Shown: positions 47,712 to 61,962, counted from the stretch's first letter. The stretch is DNA of 64,000 bases from Massalongia carnosa (GCA_965645245.1 OZ287067.1:2480001-2544000); one strand, 5' to 3'. Made by a program: numbers and translations. Notes: a model not told the origin generated them from the letters alone.

Positions 47712-49243
47712 CTTTGTTGCAGATGTGAATCCACGACGAAAGAAAGAAAGAAGCAGGGGTTTTTTCGGGGACTTTTGGCTGTAAGCTATCTCTCAGCAAC
47801 GTCCGGTAAGGCTTTTTTTCTTTATCTTTCACACTTCAGGGTTCATGTGTGAGGATCTAAACCCTTTTTGCACCACCTTGGGCGCCGAACGGGGGCAAGC
47901 TGAGTTTCATATGTGGAATCGCGAGAAAGCTGAAGACACATGTACCTGGACGGATGATGAGGATTTCTTTCCTCTCACCAAATGGAACATGTTGGAAGGA
48001 CAAGAAATGAAGTAATTGGTATCAGGTAGTAGGTATTATTGGTGCTCTGTATTTCGTCATCCGTCATGATTTAGTCGCATCATCGACAAGGCAATATTAT
48101 TTTTCGATGTGAATTTGACGAACACGGAGCCCACAGAGGAGAACATGGGTCAGAGATGATTGCGTTGGGGGGAATGCCAATGACGACTGGTGATTGGGTA
48201 CCGTGCCATTATGGGCGCAAGCTAGGCTATTTGGGGCGAAAAGGGGGAAGCTGGCGTGAGACATGCGGGGGGTTGGGCTTCCTAATCCGGTTTCGTAGGG
48301 TTTCGTGGGTTCTGTAGGGTTTTGTACTGTGTACTCCGTACTCTGTACAACGTGACAACATAGTACAACTACTCCGTACTCGGTAGGGTTTCACTAGTCA
48401 GCTCGCAAAAAGGCGACTGAAGCCCAAACGAACGAATTATAACACCATAACACCTACCCACCCGATACAGAACCGCCAAGATGGCCTGGCTTCGTCATTC
48501 CACAACAAAATCTCAACGAACTCAACTTACGAAAAAGCGTCCCATCTGCATAGAGTATGTATGTACCGCATACAGCCCTGCAACCCGCATAATCGATTCA
48601 TGGTGCTAGCCTACGTTGTAGTCGGTACGTGCTGCCGAATCGATATCGAATATCTACGTACAGAGTACTTACTTGCAGAGAGTACCTGAGAGAAGCTTAA
48701 CTCGCCTCAGCCCCTTTTCTTGGCCTGCATGTAAAGTTAGATCCGCCTCATCCCATCACTCGTACGGGAAAGAAAACGTGACTAGCGCATCCCACATAAG
48801 CATGCCACGCTGCCAGCCCGGGGGATACCACCGCGCTTTATTTATCTTCACGGGCACCCCGCATGTGACCACATCATGGCAAAACATCATAATCATGGAT
48901 ACATTGGGATGTGTGCAGAAAGAACATGTGTGCTGTGGGTTTTCCGTGGCCGAGTGTGGCCGACTCGGCTTTCGTCGTAGATGCTCTACAAGAGTCCTAG
49001 ATTACCAGGAAAGGGGTCGTAGCCGAGCTAGGTGGGGGAACGACCCAAAGAAACTAGTGGTGTCGAGGAGAGGGGGTTTTTTCAGACACAATGATTTCAC
49101 AATGATTTCACTCATGTTACTGCAACGCTTGGTCTCGTCCACGAACCTTCCCGCATGTCTCAATCATTTTTGTCGGCATTCTGTACATGAATGACAATGG
49201 GGGAAATTAATATGAATGAAATAGCACGGGCAACGGACGGCGT

Positions 49244-50289
<1,046 letters not shown>

Positions 50290-51948
50290 GGTGATCGAAA
50301 AGTGCCGGCGTCGACGGTCACGAAGTGATGATCAATTGAAGGAGTAGGTAGAGCGGTGGTGAAAGAGGATGAAAATGACAATGCCAGAAATGCTGGGTGG
50401 GAGCGTTCAATATATACTTACCTATCCGCTAAGATGATTTGCTAGGCAGTTTTCAAGGGCTACGCAATGGACGGGTCTAATACCTTGGTCCGGATACTTT
50501 CGGGAGAACGGCGAACATGGAGAGAATTATTTTGCACATGCTGGGGGAGGAAAACTGTTGACTGGGGTTAGGGCAAGCGGGGCAAAACAGGACACTTATC
50601 GACAAGCAGTTAGCGCGGAGGGTGTTTTCTTCCAATTGCCCGTTTGCCCGTGGTTGTGCCCCTCTTTTTGAGTACGCACGTACGCAACGGCATTTTCCGA
50701 CCAGAAGCTCCGACAGTCCGACTCTACCTAAGCCTTCACGTGCCTCCCACCCATCTCCCCCATCTCACGCCTCTCATGCTTCTTCCTCCATAAGCCCTCG
50801 CCCCCATTGGATCGCGGCCTCACCGGATGTACCATCAACATTAGACGCATCCGTCATGGAGCTCAAACCAACGCCGCTTTGAACCTCCATGAATATGGGT
50901 ACCGCTCGTGGCACCGCGTGTGGGCGTATGAGCATGAGGATTTCATGAAACTGTCGCTCTTCTCCCTTGAAAAGCCATGTCATACGCTGCCGGCAGGCTA
51001 CGAGGCCGATTTGTGACCACCGTCGAAGCTTCATCGTGCTCCACTTCTGGGTCCTCTGGGCCGAAAGCACTTTCATCATGAGAGATAGAATGTGCTCGAT
51101 AGGCTTCTCATCTAGCCAGCACTTACTCCGTGATCGGTCCTTTGTTCTTCACGCCTCTGCTCCCCCCCTCAATTGCTTTTAGAAATACCTGGAACGCTGA
51201 GAGAACAAGGTATCGAGAATGAACATGCTTGGTTGGGAGAGTTGATCAATCATGGCACCCCAGCCATAGCTTAGATACGCTGAAATGCATGGTTTCTCTG
51301 AACGTGCATGTGTTAATTCTCAGAAACCCTTTGAAGAGGTTCGAAGCAATGTCGCTACCACACCCATTCTGCCATGTTGTGACTGTGAATAACTCTCAGT
51401 GCTGATGGAATTTTTCCATGATAGAAGGTGCTCCTCTTCTCTTATCTTAAAGTTATACACAGGATGGGAGTCTAGCTTTCTGCCTAGATTTACAGAGCTC
51501 ACCGTTTTTCTCGTAAACCTACCGCAGGCTGTTCCACATTCGAAGAGAGCATGCTTGTGAGCTTAGTCGTGGTGCCAGTCACTAGACTTTGGTGGAAGCT
51601 CACGCATCTAATATGAGAATTTGGCCAATGACTACATAGCCAGGGGTATTTTATGCTGGTAGATTTTGGTATTTCTACTTCTATCTTCTCTACTACTAGC
51701 CCGGATTTTCATGTGTCTGTCATTTGAGTGAAACATACCTGCTAATATCTCCGCGGTCATGAAGAATGTTACTCTAACGTGTTGCTTTTGTTGATGTTTT
51801 GCATTCCAATCGCCACCCTCCTTGCTTGGAACACGGCGACTTTTCTTTTTAGAAACCAGCTGCCTTGTTGCGACTCTGTTGCAGCTGCTCCGGCAGCTCT
51901 TTGGCAAGACCATAGTCCTTTCAATCTTGAGCATCATTTTCATCCGCC

Positions 51949-54480
51949 ATGCCTTTCCAGATGAACAAAGGTGTAGTATGGGGAGTGGCAGCGGGGGGGT
52001 TTGTCCTGATTATAGTGCTGGGCACGATGACAATAATTCTCTTGCGGCGCATGCGACAGCGGAAGCAGCTTGCCCGCACATACGCTGCGGGAGAAAGGCG
52101 ACTTAGTGGATTTCCTGGGGGTCATTTCAGCATCACGGATGCAGATGTTGCGCGAATGCCGGGTATTCGGAGAAATCGCCGTGCGGCGCACAGTTCCTTT
52201 GGCTCTTTACGAGGATATACCGCTGTCACATCTGAAGAACGCTTGCCAAGGCGTCCAATATTGACCACCATGGCACGAGCAGTAGTGAAGGATACAGCGA
52301 ACTTGGAAAGCAACACCCTTCCTCCTTCATGGCCTTTATCACGTCGTTTGACCAGATCGGGGGCAATACCAATTTCAAAGGCGAAACCGCCATCGATGCT
52401 TCCAGTTATAGATAGACTGAATGCTCAAGAAGACCGAGATATTCCGACTGAGGTGGAACAAGGCGGACAAGAGAGACCAGTTGAGAAGAAAATAAAAATG
52501 CTTCCTTCGGTGCCTAGTTTCGAGGCAACTCTTCAGGCGGATATGTTTGCTGCAACAGTTCTAAAACCGAAACCGCTGTTCCATGACAATCAACGGAGTG
52601 TTTCAGCAGGCACTATGGCTCACCGGTCGCAAAGGCAACAACACGAGAAAAATGGCTCAAGCATGGACTCCGAGCTCCTCAGAGCACGCCTTCCAAGATC
52701 AACGAGTTTATGCAGCCAAAAATCTGGGTTGGCTCCTACCATGCCAATGCCACCCTTACCATCCAACATTCTACCATCAAAGCGTTTCCATACAATCAAA
52801 AGCCCCGCAGGAAGCTCAATGCGAACCTCAGAGAATAGCCTTTTCAGCGGTTATACGTCTATTCTTGACGGCATTGCATCGAGACCATTTTCTCAAGTAG
52901 AGACCGATCTGACCTCTACTAGCGTAGCCTCGCCCGTTCCGCTGGAGTTTAGACCCGAGGGGCTAGGTATCTTTACCGCCGACAGCACAACATGGGACCC
53001 GAGGGATTATCGAGAATCTTCACGCACAGTTCATCAGGTTAAAACCGCGCGTGTTTGCGCGCAGCCAGGATCTCAAAAACCTCTCCGTGCAAGTATTGTT
53101 GGCAGTCTACCGAGAAGCGAAAGCAGTGGTCTTTCCATGTCTTTGCTAGATCATGGGCCGTCGCGGGATGTCTCCAACACATCGCTCAACAAAGATCAAG
53201 CTCTGCTAATTCGGAAGTCAACCCTCAGAGTGCCTAAAACTACTGATTGTAAGACCACAAGACAGCGGGGTCTTTCTCCTGCTTCTCCTCTGAGGAACAT
53301 TTCCGCGTGTAACAACTATGAAGAAACTAAAGAGAAGCGGCTCTCTACTTCCATCTTACAGGTCGTATCAGGCAATAATAGCGGTCCGCTTTATGATCGA
53401 CAAAGTAAACGTTCATCCTCATGGTCAAGAAACGCAACTCAATGTGACACAGCCACATTGTCAACACAGGCAAGCATTGAAACTCGAGTACTACATCAAG
53501 CCGACGACCAGAGTTCTCTTCGAATATCGAATATATTACTCGCGCCAGTGCCATTGGGACTCCCAGTGGCAAGGGAAAGGACAAAATCTCAGCCCTCAAA
53601 TGCATTCGCTCTTCATCCCTCCTTGGATTTGTCAAAAAATGGTTTTTTCTTACCAGGACCGCCTCCATGTGTTGATTTTGACCCTCAAATTAACTCCAAA
53701 CTGTTTGCCAAGGCTTCTCACCATAGGAGCTTCACGGTGTACTCTCCTACGTTGTCTATGGTTAATCTCTATGACTCGAGCACGGACGAGCCGTCCGAGC
53801 CCGGGATGTCGGTCTTTGGGGAAGATCTAAGCGTCAAACCGCCCTCTGGAGCGAACCCCAATCGGCACAGAACCATTTTTCCTACTCAGAGCAACGTCAC
53901 CGGGCTAAGCTTTCCACCTGACCCCGAGTTGGCGCCTGAAAGCCCCTGTTCAGACCTACACCTAGACCGGTCCTCACCGTCCACAAATCTGCGTTCCTCG
54001 TTCTTATTCCCAATGCCCCCACCCTCGCGCCGCCAGCATCCTTACAGAAGGCGCAGTCCATCCAACAGCCCCATCCGCGGCCCCCGCACGCCGCCTACCC
54101 GCCGCTCTTATTCAAGGCGCATCTCCAAAGCAACTCATCACCACCCCGGCGGCGATTTGCGGAAAAGCGTCGCAGCGCTGCGCAGGATGAATAGCGAAGC
54201 GGCGGTAGGCCTACATCCCAAACAGCACAAACGCTACCTCAGCATCGGCGACACTGGAAGCATGGTTTTCGTAGATGAACCCTCTTTGCAGAACGTTCTC
54301 GAGAACACCGAGGTTCGGGGCGAGGGAACTACAGGTTCGGTGGTGATTCCCGGGAACATATCGGGTGATTCTACTGAGATGAGGACCGGGGGGACGGTGA
54401 CGCCGATAAGGAAGGGACTGGTGGAGCTTTGGGGAACGCCTGGGAGTTTGTACGATACCAAGGGCTTTTTGCGAGATTAA
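51949..54480 (+). CDS. Hypothetical single-pass membrane protein with long Ser/Pro/Arg-rich disordered tail
   Basis: 843-aa uninterrupted ORF; N-terminal hydrophobic segment followed by RRMRQRK; LRRMNSE and TPGSLYD..GFL short motifs near the C-terminus. Confidence 0.8.
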   Translation: MPFQMNKGVVWGVAAGGFVLIIVLGTMTIILLRRMRQRKQLARTYAAGERRLSGFPGGHFSITDADVARMPGIRRNRRAAHSSFGSLRGYTAVTSEERLPRRPILTTMARAVVKDTANLESNTLPPSWPLSRRLTRSGAIPISKAKPPSMLPVIDRLNAQEDRDIPTEVEQGGQERPVEKKIKMLPSVPSFEATLQADMFAATVLKPKPLFHDNQRSVSAGTMAHRSQRQQHEKNGSSMDSELLRARLPRSTSLCSQKSGLAPTMPMPPLPSNILPSKRFHTIKSPAGSSMRTSENSLFSGYTSILDGIASRPFSQVETDLTSTSVASPVPLEFRPEGLGIFTADSTTWDPRDYRESSRTVHQVKTARVCAQPGSQKPLRASIVGSLPRSESSGLSMSLLDHGPSRDVSNTSLNKDQALLIRKSTLRVPKTTDCKTTRQRGLSPASPLRNISACNNYEETKEKRLSTSILQVVSGNNSGPLYDRQSKRSSSWSRNATQCDTATLSTQASIETRVLHQADDQSSLRISNILLAPVPLGLPVARERTKSQPSNAFALHPSLDLSKNGFFLPGPPPCVDFDPQINSKLFAKASHHRSFTVYSPTLSMVNLYDSSTDEPSEPGMSVFGEDLSVKPPSGANPNRHRTIFPTQSNVTGLSFPPDPELAPESPCSDLHLDRSSPSTNLRSSFLFPMPPPSRRQHPYRRRSPSNSPIRGPRTPPTRRSYSRRISKATHHHPGGDLRKSVAALRRMNSEAAVGLHPKQHKRYLSIGDTGSMVFVDEPSLQNVLENTEVRGEGTTGSVVIPGNISGDSTEMRTGGTVTPIRKGLVELWGTPGSLYDTKGFLRD

Positions 54481-55963
54481 AAAGGGCTTTCATTTATAAT
54501 TCGTGTTCCTGGTTTTCGCGGAATGCTAGGTTATCTTCTTTGTTCCTTCGGTAACGTTATAGTGACTGGGTTTCGTCCGAAACTTGCCCTTTCTGATCTT
54601 TTCGAAGCAGGTAGGTAGGCAGGTAGACTTGAAACGTGATTTAAACTCTTTACCGTAATTGTTGGATTTTCTTCCGCTTTGCCGTGGTTTTTGATGTTAT
54701 ATTTCTTCTCCCACCATTCTTCCATATCTTACAACTCTCGTCCACTACTTACCCATCTATTATTACCAGATTCCCTTTTCACTCACTTCCTTCCCCTTTC
54801 TATTTTCATCTTTTTTCTTTTCTTTACATTTTTTCTCTTCATTCATCTTCTTCAAGTTTCTTCAACCCCGAATTTGGGTTTCGGCTGATTCAAAACTCGG
54901 TTTTGCATTTATTTATATTCATATTTTTTAAAGCTATTAGGGCTGCCAAGAAGAAAATGTGAATAGTTAAAATAGACGAAAAGAAGACTGATGTAGAATA
55001 TGGTTTTGGGAAGGGAGGTCGGGATAAGAGCTTGTGGATGGGGGTTGTTGTTGTTGGAGGAGGAGGAGGAGGAGGGGGGGACGGTGTGCGAGGTTAAGGA
55101 GTGGATAGGTAGGTTATCACTCCTCTCTCTTCCCTCTCTAATCATCATATCCCTACCAACCCTCCCAAAAGGGGACCATTTCCTATAAGCTCGCAAGCTT
55201 CAAACTTCTTTAAAGCCTCGAACTTCAAGCTTCGAGCTTCAGCCTCTGCGGAACATCATCATCGCGAGCCTTTTTTCCCTCTAGTTTTCGTTCCGTTTCA
55301 TTTTGGTCTAGTCTAGTCGAGTATCTTCCCGCCTATCTTGCTTGTCTGGGTTATTTGTTGATTGGATTTGCATGATAGGTATGGCATGACATGATAACTA
55401 GGTATATACCTATATGGGTTTAAGATTAGGGAGTTTGGTGGTTCGTTTTTGTTGCTATTATTGTTGTGCTGTAGTCTACAGGGTGCAGGGGACGATTTGC
55501 AATGGGATGGGATAGGAGAGGGGGGTTTGAAATCCCAAAGGGGGGGGGGAGTGTTGAGAGTTTGGAGAAAGGTTGAATCGGAGACGGGGATGAGGTTTGG
55601 GAAGGAGGGATAGAATGCGGGGGTGAGAGGGAATTAGGAAAATAGAAGCTGGATAATATGGTTTGAACGGTATCTAGTGGATTTAGTGGCGGGTCTGGTG
55701 GGGAACTGTACTGGAGTGGAATAGGGAAAAGGTTGGGGGGGGGGGGAGGTGTGTTAGGAAGGGTATGATGGAAAGATATATGGTAAAAGGTATAGAGCAT
55801 TTGGCAAAAGACATCCAGACATGAAAATGATGAAAATCATTAGAGAGGGGGACTTCTGGGGGATAGATACCGCATTTCTCGCGAAGCGTAGATTCTTCCG
55901 TAAAAAGCCAATAAAAAAACAACCCAGAAATCTTGGGCTATGGAATATATTCGCTTATTTCAG

Positions 55964-56728
55964 TCACCATCCATAAAAATCCGGATACATAGCTACGCAA
56001 TCAATACCCGTTTTCGGATCCTCGCCCGGCCCTCCGATCGAAAGGCAGCAGACCCGTCGGGAGACATACGCGCACGCGGGTCTTCCAGGAGTAAAGAGCT
56101 CGCATAGTCGCCGCATAATGGCTACGCCCTTTTTGACCGCATCGCCGATACAGCATGCCGGCACTACGCGGGGAGATAGCCGCTCGCATCGTCGCCGAGC
56201 CCTTTCCTGGGCTACGGTTCCACCCTCTTGTGCGGTGTCTTGAGTGTTGTCTGGGACTGTGTCTTCATGCTGGGTTGGGGTCACTGGGGCCTTTTCCTGA
56301 GTTTCTTCTTGCGTTTGGACTTGGCTGTTGGTGCAGTAATCCGTGTTTCGTTTCTCTATCGGGTGTGTGCTGCCGTGCAAGCAGTCGTCGGCGAAGATGG
56401 GGATTGTCGCTGCTGCGGCTGGGAAGATCGACGAGTCGGGCACTTCGGCTCGAGAGTCCGGGTTTAGGTTGGCAGAGTCTTCTGAGTTAGAATCCAGGAC
56501 AGGAAACAGTGATCTCGACTCGTCTGGTTCTTCCGGGCTGGGGTCTAATGGATCAACCATTATACCTGCGTCAGATGGCGGGTTTTGTTGTGGATCGCTG
56601 AAAGTAGATACGTCATTCCCACCTGAGGCTAAGAAGGTTTCTGGAGCTACGTCAAGGCGATCTGGTGGTAAGGAATCGGGGTTGCCGACCGCGACAGCTG
56701 GAAAAACCAGAAGTAAGAGAAAACGCAT
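55964..56728 (-). CDS. Secreted protein with acidic Pro/Asp linker and C-terminal 8-Cys hydrophobin-like domain
   Basis: Signal peptide MRFLLLLVFPAVAVG; C-X10-CC-X15-C-X9-C-X7-CC-X15-C ending in GIDC; intronless. Confidence 0.75.
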   Translation of the reverse strand: MRFLLLLVFPAVAVGNPDSLPPDRLDVAPETFLASGGNDVSTFSDPQQNPPSDAGIMVDPLDPSPEEPDESRSLFPVLDSNSEDSANLNPDSRAEVPDSSIFPAAAATIPIFADDCLHGSTHPIEKRNTDYCTNSQVQTQEETQEKAPVTPTQHEDTVPDNTQDTAQEGGTVAQERARRRCERLSPRVVPACCIGDAVKKGVAIMRRLCELFTPGRPACAYVSRRVCCLSIGGPGEDPKTGIDCVAMYPDFYGW

Positions 56729-57701
56729 GGTCCGAAAGCATGACCTGAACACGAGCTTGCTCGTGTGTTAGTTTCAATGTAAATAGTATCTAAAGGCGTA
56801 GGATGGTAAGTTATATTTATATAACCCGTAACAAAAAAAAACCCATAGATAGACGTCAAACGGCAAATATATTTGCCGGATTCTAGAGTGGAGATGACCT
56901 AGATGGGTTCTAAGGATCGGCCTCCGATGGGTTAAATTCGTTAAAAGAGGGGAAAGCAACGGTAGAAGAAAACAACTCAAGGGAGCTTAATGCGAATCAT
57001 GAAAAGCAGAGAAAAGCACGAGACCTCATGGCACAACAACCATTTAGGGTCCGATCTCTTGTTTGGCGGCTAAACTCCTCTAGCTTGAGGAGCGCTCAAC
57101 GCCATGATCTCTCGGGACTGCGTCGCCGTTGTCCATGGTACTTCGGAGTAGATGCTCGGAAACTCACCTCCGCGGTGATGGACGCCATTAAGGACGCCAC
57201 GAAATGTCAATAGTACGTGGATTCGTGGTAGAAGCATGGGTGCGTGTTGCTCTTGTCTCATTTAGTCTCATCTTTGAGGAGTTGGAGATCGGTCGCCAGC
57301 AGTTTCGTCTGTCAGATTAGCGGTTCGGAACAACAATGCTAAATTTGATCAGCAGACCTAGATGATGATGCGCAGATTGGAGAAAGAAATGCAACGCAAA
57401 GACGAGAGAAGGAGGCACAAATACTCTAGGTGGTAATGAGGAAATAGGCATGCGGGAAGGAGGAAAGCGAAAGAGGGAAGAAGCAAAGAATGATGCGTCA
57501 GATTCTTTATCCTTTGCCGTTTACGGCCCTGGGTCCGACCACAATTCTTCCACTGGTTGTGGGTTTTCCCGCATGTATCTTTATGGTATGTGGTATTCGC
57601 GCTGAGTATTTCGTACTCCGTACTCTATCGTCTAAACGGTCCACGCTCTCTATTCTCGAGCTTCTAAAACCCCTTCACTCGCCCTTGAGTATATTGCGTC
57701 T

Positions 57702-59288
57702 CTACGAAAACTCTTTATCCACCTCCTCGAAGTGATCGAAGAACCCTTTGAACATTTTCACTCCCAAGCCCGGATCCAAGCTCCCCGTCGTCGCGCGAAT
57801 CGAATGCATCGAGAGCTGCGGCAACCCCGCATCGATAGCCCTCACACCCATGGCAGACGAAAGCATCGGCCCCACCGTCCCCCCTGACCTCGAATCGTTC
57901 CGAATCTGGAATACCTGCAACTTCGAACCCGATTTGTCGGCGACGCGCTGCAGGAGCGCCGTGCTAAGGCTGTCGGTGGTGGTGTGCCCGTTCGGGTCGG
58001 CCTGGATGGCGACACCAACGTTGAGTCGGGGTGAGTGGTTCTCCAGATAGGCGTCTAGGTAATTCGGGTTGACGGCATGGGAGACATCGGCGGAGACGAG
58101 GAAGCTGTTGGCGTAGGTGCGGGCGAGGACATCGGTACGGGCGTGGCCGTTGGCAAAGGATTCGGCAATGCGCTCGATGGTAAGAGGGAGGAAGTTCCCG
58201 TGCGCGCCTTGGCGAAGGAGGGAGCCAATTTCTTCGTCGTCGAAGAGGGCGACGACTTTGACAATACCGCTGTCGTTGGTGACGCCACCGCCATAGATGC
58301 TCGACATGCTGGTCGACGCGATGAGGGCTTCTATGGCGGAGAAGGAACACAGACGATCGTCGATGCGGCCTGCAAAGATGAATTCTTTATCCAAGCCACC
58401 GAGCTGCGCGGGTTGAATGTCGTATAATTCGAGCTCCCAGTTGACGATAGTGCTATCTGCAGATTATGAGCATGGCTTCCCTGCACCGGAAGGGCATGAT
58501 TTACAGTCTTGAATGTTCAGCTCCCCGGCAATTGCCTTAACCAGCCGCGGGGCCTGTGTGGCAGCAAAAGCACCTACACCTCCAAGCACTCCCCAGTCTG
58601 GCTGCGCTCCCTTGTCATCAACATCATTAATATCCAGGCCAATAATTGGGACCATTTGGGTTTCTAGATTGGCATTGTCGATTCTAGAAACGGCTCCAAA
58701 ATGCGGTGCCAGGGTTGGTATTCTTGCAATCGGCCAATTGAGTTTCACCAGCTTCGATTCAATCTTCCCCGTCTTGCTGTCCTTGATCAACACCCTTCCT
58801 CCAATACCCAAGTCACGATCCCACCAGGTATTATTCAATGCGCCGGCATAGGGTGCGACGCCCAGTTGGATGTAGCCGGCCTTAGCCGACAAGTTCGAGA
58901 TCGGCTTGAGTCTCGTGGTGAGTACGTCGGCGTGACTTGCAATGATGCTGGCCCCGTTCCCTGGCTTGTAGTTCTTGCCCACCACAAAAGCAATCAAGCT
59001 GCTCCCATTGCGCTCCACAACGTATTTTCCACCTGCTAAAAGCTTACCCTCCCAGGACTCGCGCTCTGAAAGCTTGTTGAAACCTTGCGATTGGAGTCGA
59101 TTAGAGAAGTGGGAATTTGTGTGGAAGATAGTGGGGTTTTCCGTGCTGAATGAGAGGTATGGGCTGGTGTAAGACTTTACATCGTCTTCCAAGAGCATTG
59201 TTGAGGTAGCAGTCATCGGTAGAGCGACGTGGTTTGATGGCTCACTCGTCCGTAGAGCCCGACCCAAGCTCATCTCAGTGCGGGTCAT
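57702..59288 (-). CDS. APE1: M18 aminopeptidase, vacuolar aminopeptidase I type (intron 58457-58504)
   Basis: ASHAD, APYAGALNNTWWDRDLGIGGRV, IPTLAPHFG, GRIDDRLC, FDDEEIGS, ADVSHAVNPN, SGGTVGP, LSMHSIR; N-terminal extension. Confidence 0.85.
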
Positions 59289-59303
59289 TTTAGAGTGCTG
59301 ATG

Positions 59304-59337
59304 GCTGTCAGACGAAGAGAGCTGTCAGACGAAGAGA
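59304..59337. repeat. 17-bp perfect tandem duplication in the aminopeptidase 5' leader
   Basis: GCTGTCAGACGAAGAGA x2. Confidence 0.85.
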
Positions 59338-60366
59338 ATGGAAGAAAAGAAAAGCGAGAAATTTGCTGTTGTTAAAGGTAATCGTCAATCATCGGTCAAT
59401 AGTTCGATATTGGAAGTAAACATGCCAAGCCATATGCCCCTGAATTGGACCGCATGACGACATCCAATATGCATACTCTGGACTATTGACTCTGGACTTG
59501 GTATTTATCACACCACAGCTATGGCGACGCCGCATCTATGGCAGACTACCACCTTGATTGTCCTTCAGGGAACGCATGTTCATACCAGGGAGATGGTGTC
59601 TGAGGTCCATCTTCACTTCTTGTCACAGCTATTTTCTTCATCCTTTCTATCTGCTTTTCCTTCTGATACACTCGTCGTGACTTGACTATCTCGTGCAAAT
59701 TGTAAATGGCATGTTGATTACTTGAGTCTCAATGCCTGGGCTAGATCATGTTGGACCTGAAGAACTATGGCCGCGACTGTCGAGGCAATGGTACGCTGCA
59801 AGTTTGTAAGAGTGTTTCGTTCTATTCAAGGTTTCGGGAATGTGTCTTCTTTGAGATAGGCTAGAAGGACTGAATACGAGCGATGTCATGCTTGATACGT
59901 TGCTTGACTCCGCGGCGAGAAGTATAAAAGAGAAAAGGTTGTTTGATTTTGCAGGTAGACTCGAAAAGGATACGGGATGAGCTTGGGGCGTTCTTCGTTT
60001 CTTATTTTTTTATGAATACGGTTTTGGCAGAATGATATTTTTCGAAGTGACGGTTCGGAAAATGACCGCTCGACTCTTTCAGTTCAAGCCATAGTCTTCA
60101 TGCGTTGCTTGACCTTCAACAGGCTGTGGAAAGTTCATTGTCCTGGATTCACCAACATTATGTGTTCGAACAATCTGCACGAACAAGGAAGCCAGTGAAA
60201 GAATCATTGCGATAACAGAGATACAAGCTCAGTGGATAATATCACTTTCCTTGCCTTAACTAGGTACAAAACTGCAGGTGAATTCGGTATTATTTCTTCG
60301 CAACCCCAGTTTGTTGATTTCCATACACCTGAACAGCCTTCTTTATTTCACCCCCGAGAACTCTCC

Positions 60367-61563
60367 ATGCCTCGCCAGCGAGGCTTAGTGGACATTCTTC
60401 AGGCCGACGTCCCTTTTGGAGGTGAGCTGGAAAACACGACCCAAGAAACCCTGTCTTTATGCGCAAGTTCCGGCATCGGGCCTGTCCCCGTCGAGCTCTC
60501 AAGGAATATCATTGAGATGCTTGGAGAAAGGGACAGCCAATCGCTCAAGACTCTGCGGCTGATGTCCAGAACCACCGGCAGCATCGCGACTGAGCGCCTC
60601 TTCCAGATCCTTTACCTCGATATGCGCAAGACAAGCTGGGCTAAGGTAAGGCGGATTGCAGCCACCACCAGGCTCGCTTGCCATGTCCATATGCTACAAC
60701 TCACTTTAGTCCGCCCCCATCCGACTTTCAAGGAGTGTATTAGATGGTCAAGAGACCCAGCTTATGATGAAGGCATCTTACCCAAACGCTCCCTATTTTG
60801 CGACATATCCGAGGCGCCTAAACTGAATCTTGAGTTGCTGCCCAACTTGCGTACAATCAGGTCTAGTGACTGGCGTAGCTCAGACAGCGTGTTGAACGAT
60901 CTCATGCAGGCCGACCTTTTCATCATCAGACCGCAAGATCCCCCCCTCCTGCCGTGGCCCGAGAAAAGGCAACCATGGCCAAAAGCCATATTAGAGAGAA
61001 TGCTTCTGCCTCTGGTCTTCCGATCGATACTCACAAGCAGCTTTCCGCTTGAGATTTTGCATCTTCATATGCTAGCCGATATCTTGAAGCGTCAGTTATC
61101 TCCAAAGATCGGGTTCAGCCAACTTCACACCCTGAAGCTTGACCTTTTCCACTCCATGATTAAACTCTCGGAATTTCGTCCTTATGCAATGCTCGACCCT
61201 ACAAAGATTCTTGTACAATGGTTCAGATTCCTACCAGCGTTACAGTCCTTTACGCTAATTCAAGATGAATGGACATATCCAGACATCAACGTTCTCAAAA
61301 TACTCCGCGCCGTCGAATGGCCTCGACTTGCGCACGTGCGGTTTCGTTTCGTCAAAACTTCGGCCGCGGACATCAAGGCCTTTCTCGAGCAACACCGCCG
61401 TACATTACGTACGGTGCGCATCGAGCAACCGATGCTAGAACCGGAAGAGTGGCATCAACTAGTGATCTGGATTCGAGGCTTAGATCTTGAGGTCTTCGAG
61501 TACACGGATCTGTTCCAATTAAAAGGCCCGCTCAGCAGACTAACAGTCGAACAAGGCTTTTAG
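60367..61563 (+). CDS. F-box-like protein with LRR-like C-terminus (start uncertain)
   Basis: VPVELSRNIIEML..SLKTLRLMSR..ATERLF resembles fungal F-box; LxxLxL repeats downstream (LPNLRTI, LHTLKL, LPALQSFTL, WPRLAHV). Confidence 0.6.
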   Translation: MPRQRGLVDILQADVPFGGELENTTQETLSLCASSGIGPVPVELSRNIIEMLGERDSQSLKTLRLMSRTTGSIATERLFQILYLDMRKTSWAKVRRIAATTRLACHVHMLQLTLVRPHPTFKECIRWSRDPAYDEGILPKRSLFCDISEAPKLNLELLPNLRTIRSSDWRSSDSVLNDLMQADLFIIRPQDPPLLPWPEKRQPWPKAILERMLLPLVFRSILTSSFPLEILHLHMLADILKRQLSPKIGFSQLHTLKLDLFHSMIKLSEFRPYAMLDPTKILVQWFRFLPALQSFTLIQDEWTYPDINVLKILRAVEWPRLAHVRFRFVKTSAADIKAFLEQHRRTLRTVRIEQPMLEPEEWHQLVIWIRGLDLEVFEYTDLFQLKGPLSRLTVEQGF

Positions 61564-61962
61564 AGAAGATGTAACCGTAGCTATCTGCAGAATTTTCTGT
61601 TCATTGGGGAGTAAATCACCCAACAACTTCCAGTGAAGCAACCGGGCTAAGCTTAGACCGGACCTGTTAAGTAGTTTGCATCCATAGATTCAACTATTCT
61701 GATAGAATTACAGAATACTGCTAAAATTCAATGCGTTCCTTATTTGCGTTGTTATCTACACTGACAAGTGGACATGGCTAGTTACGGTAGACCCCCTTCC
61801 AGCTACAAACGAGCGTGACCCGGACAGAAGAGGGGAATGATGACTGGGCGAAACGCTCATACATACATACCAACCTCCCTCAGTCTACGCGCCTCCCCCC
61901 CCCCCCCAACTCACTTCCTAGCCCCTCTCCCACCTCTAGCCCCGCATCTCAAAACCCCCCTC

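Noticed and set aside
48285..48395. TAGGGTTT-like words resembling telomeric repeats
   Set aside because: Only a few degenerate, non-tandem copies; not an interstitial telomere array
50700..51016. Short plus-strand frame (..INIRRIRHGAQTNAALNLHEYGYRSWHRVW..)
   Set aside because: No ATG start or clear splice sites and no recognisable motif
54480..55960. Several ORFs in AT-rich and purine/pyrimidine-skewed DNA, with degenerate CAAGCTT/CGAGCTT repeats at ~55190-55245
   Set aside because: Low-complexity intergenic sequence; translations are compositionally biased artefacts
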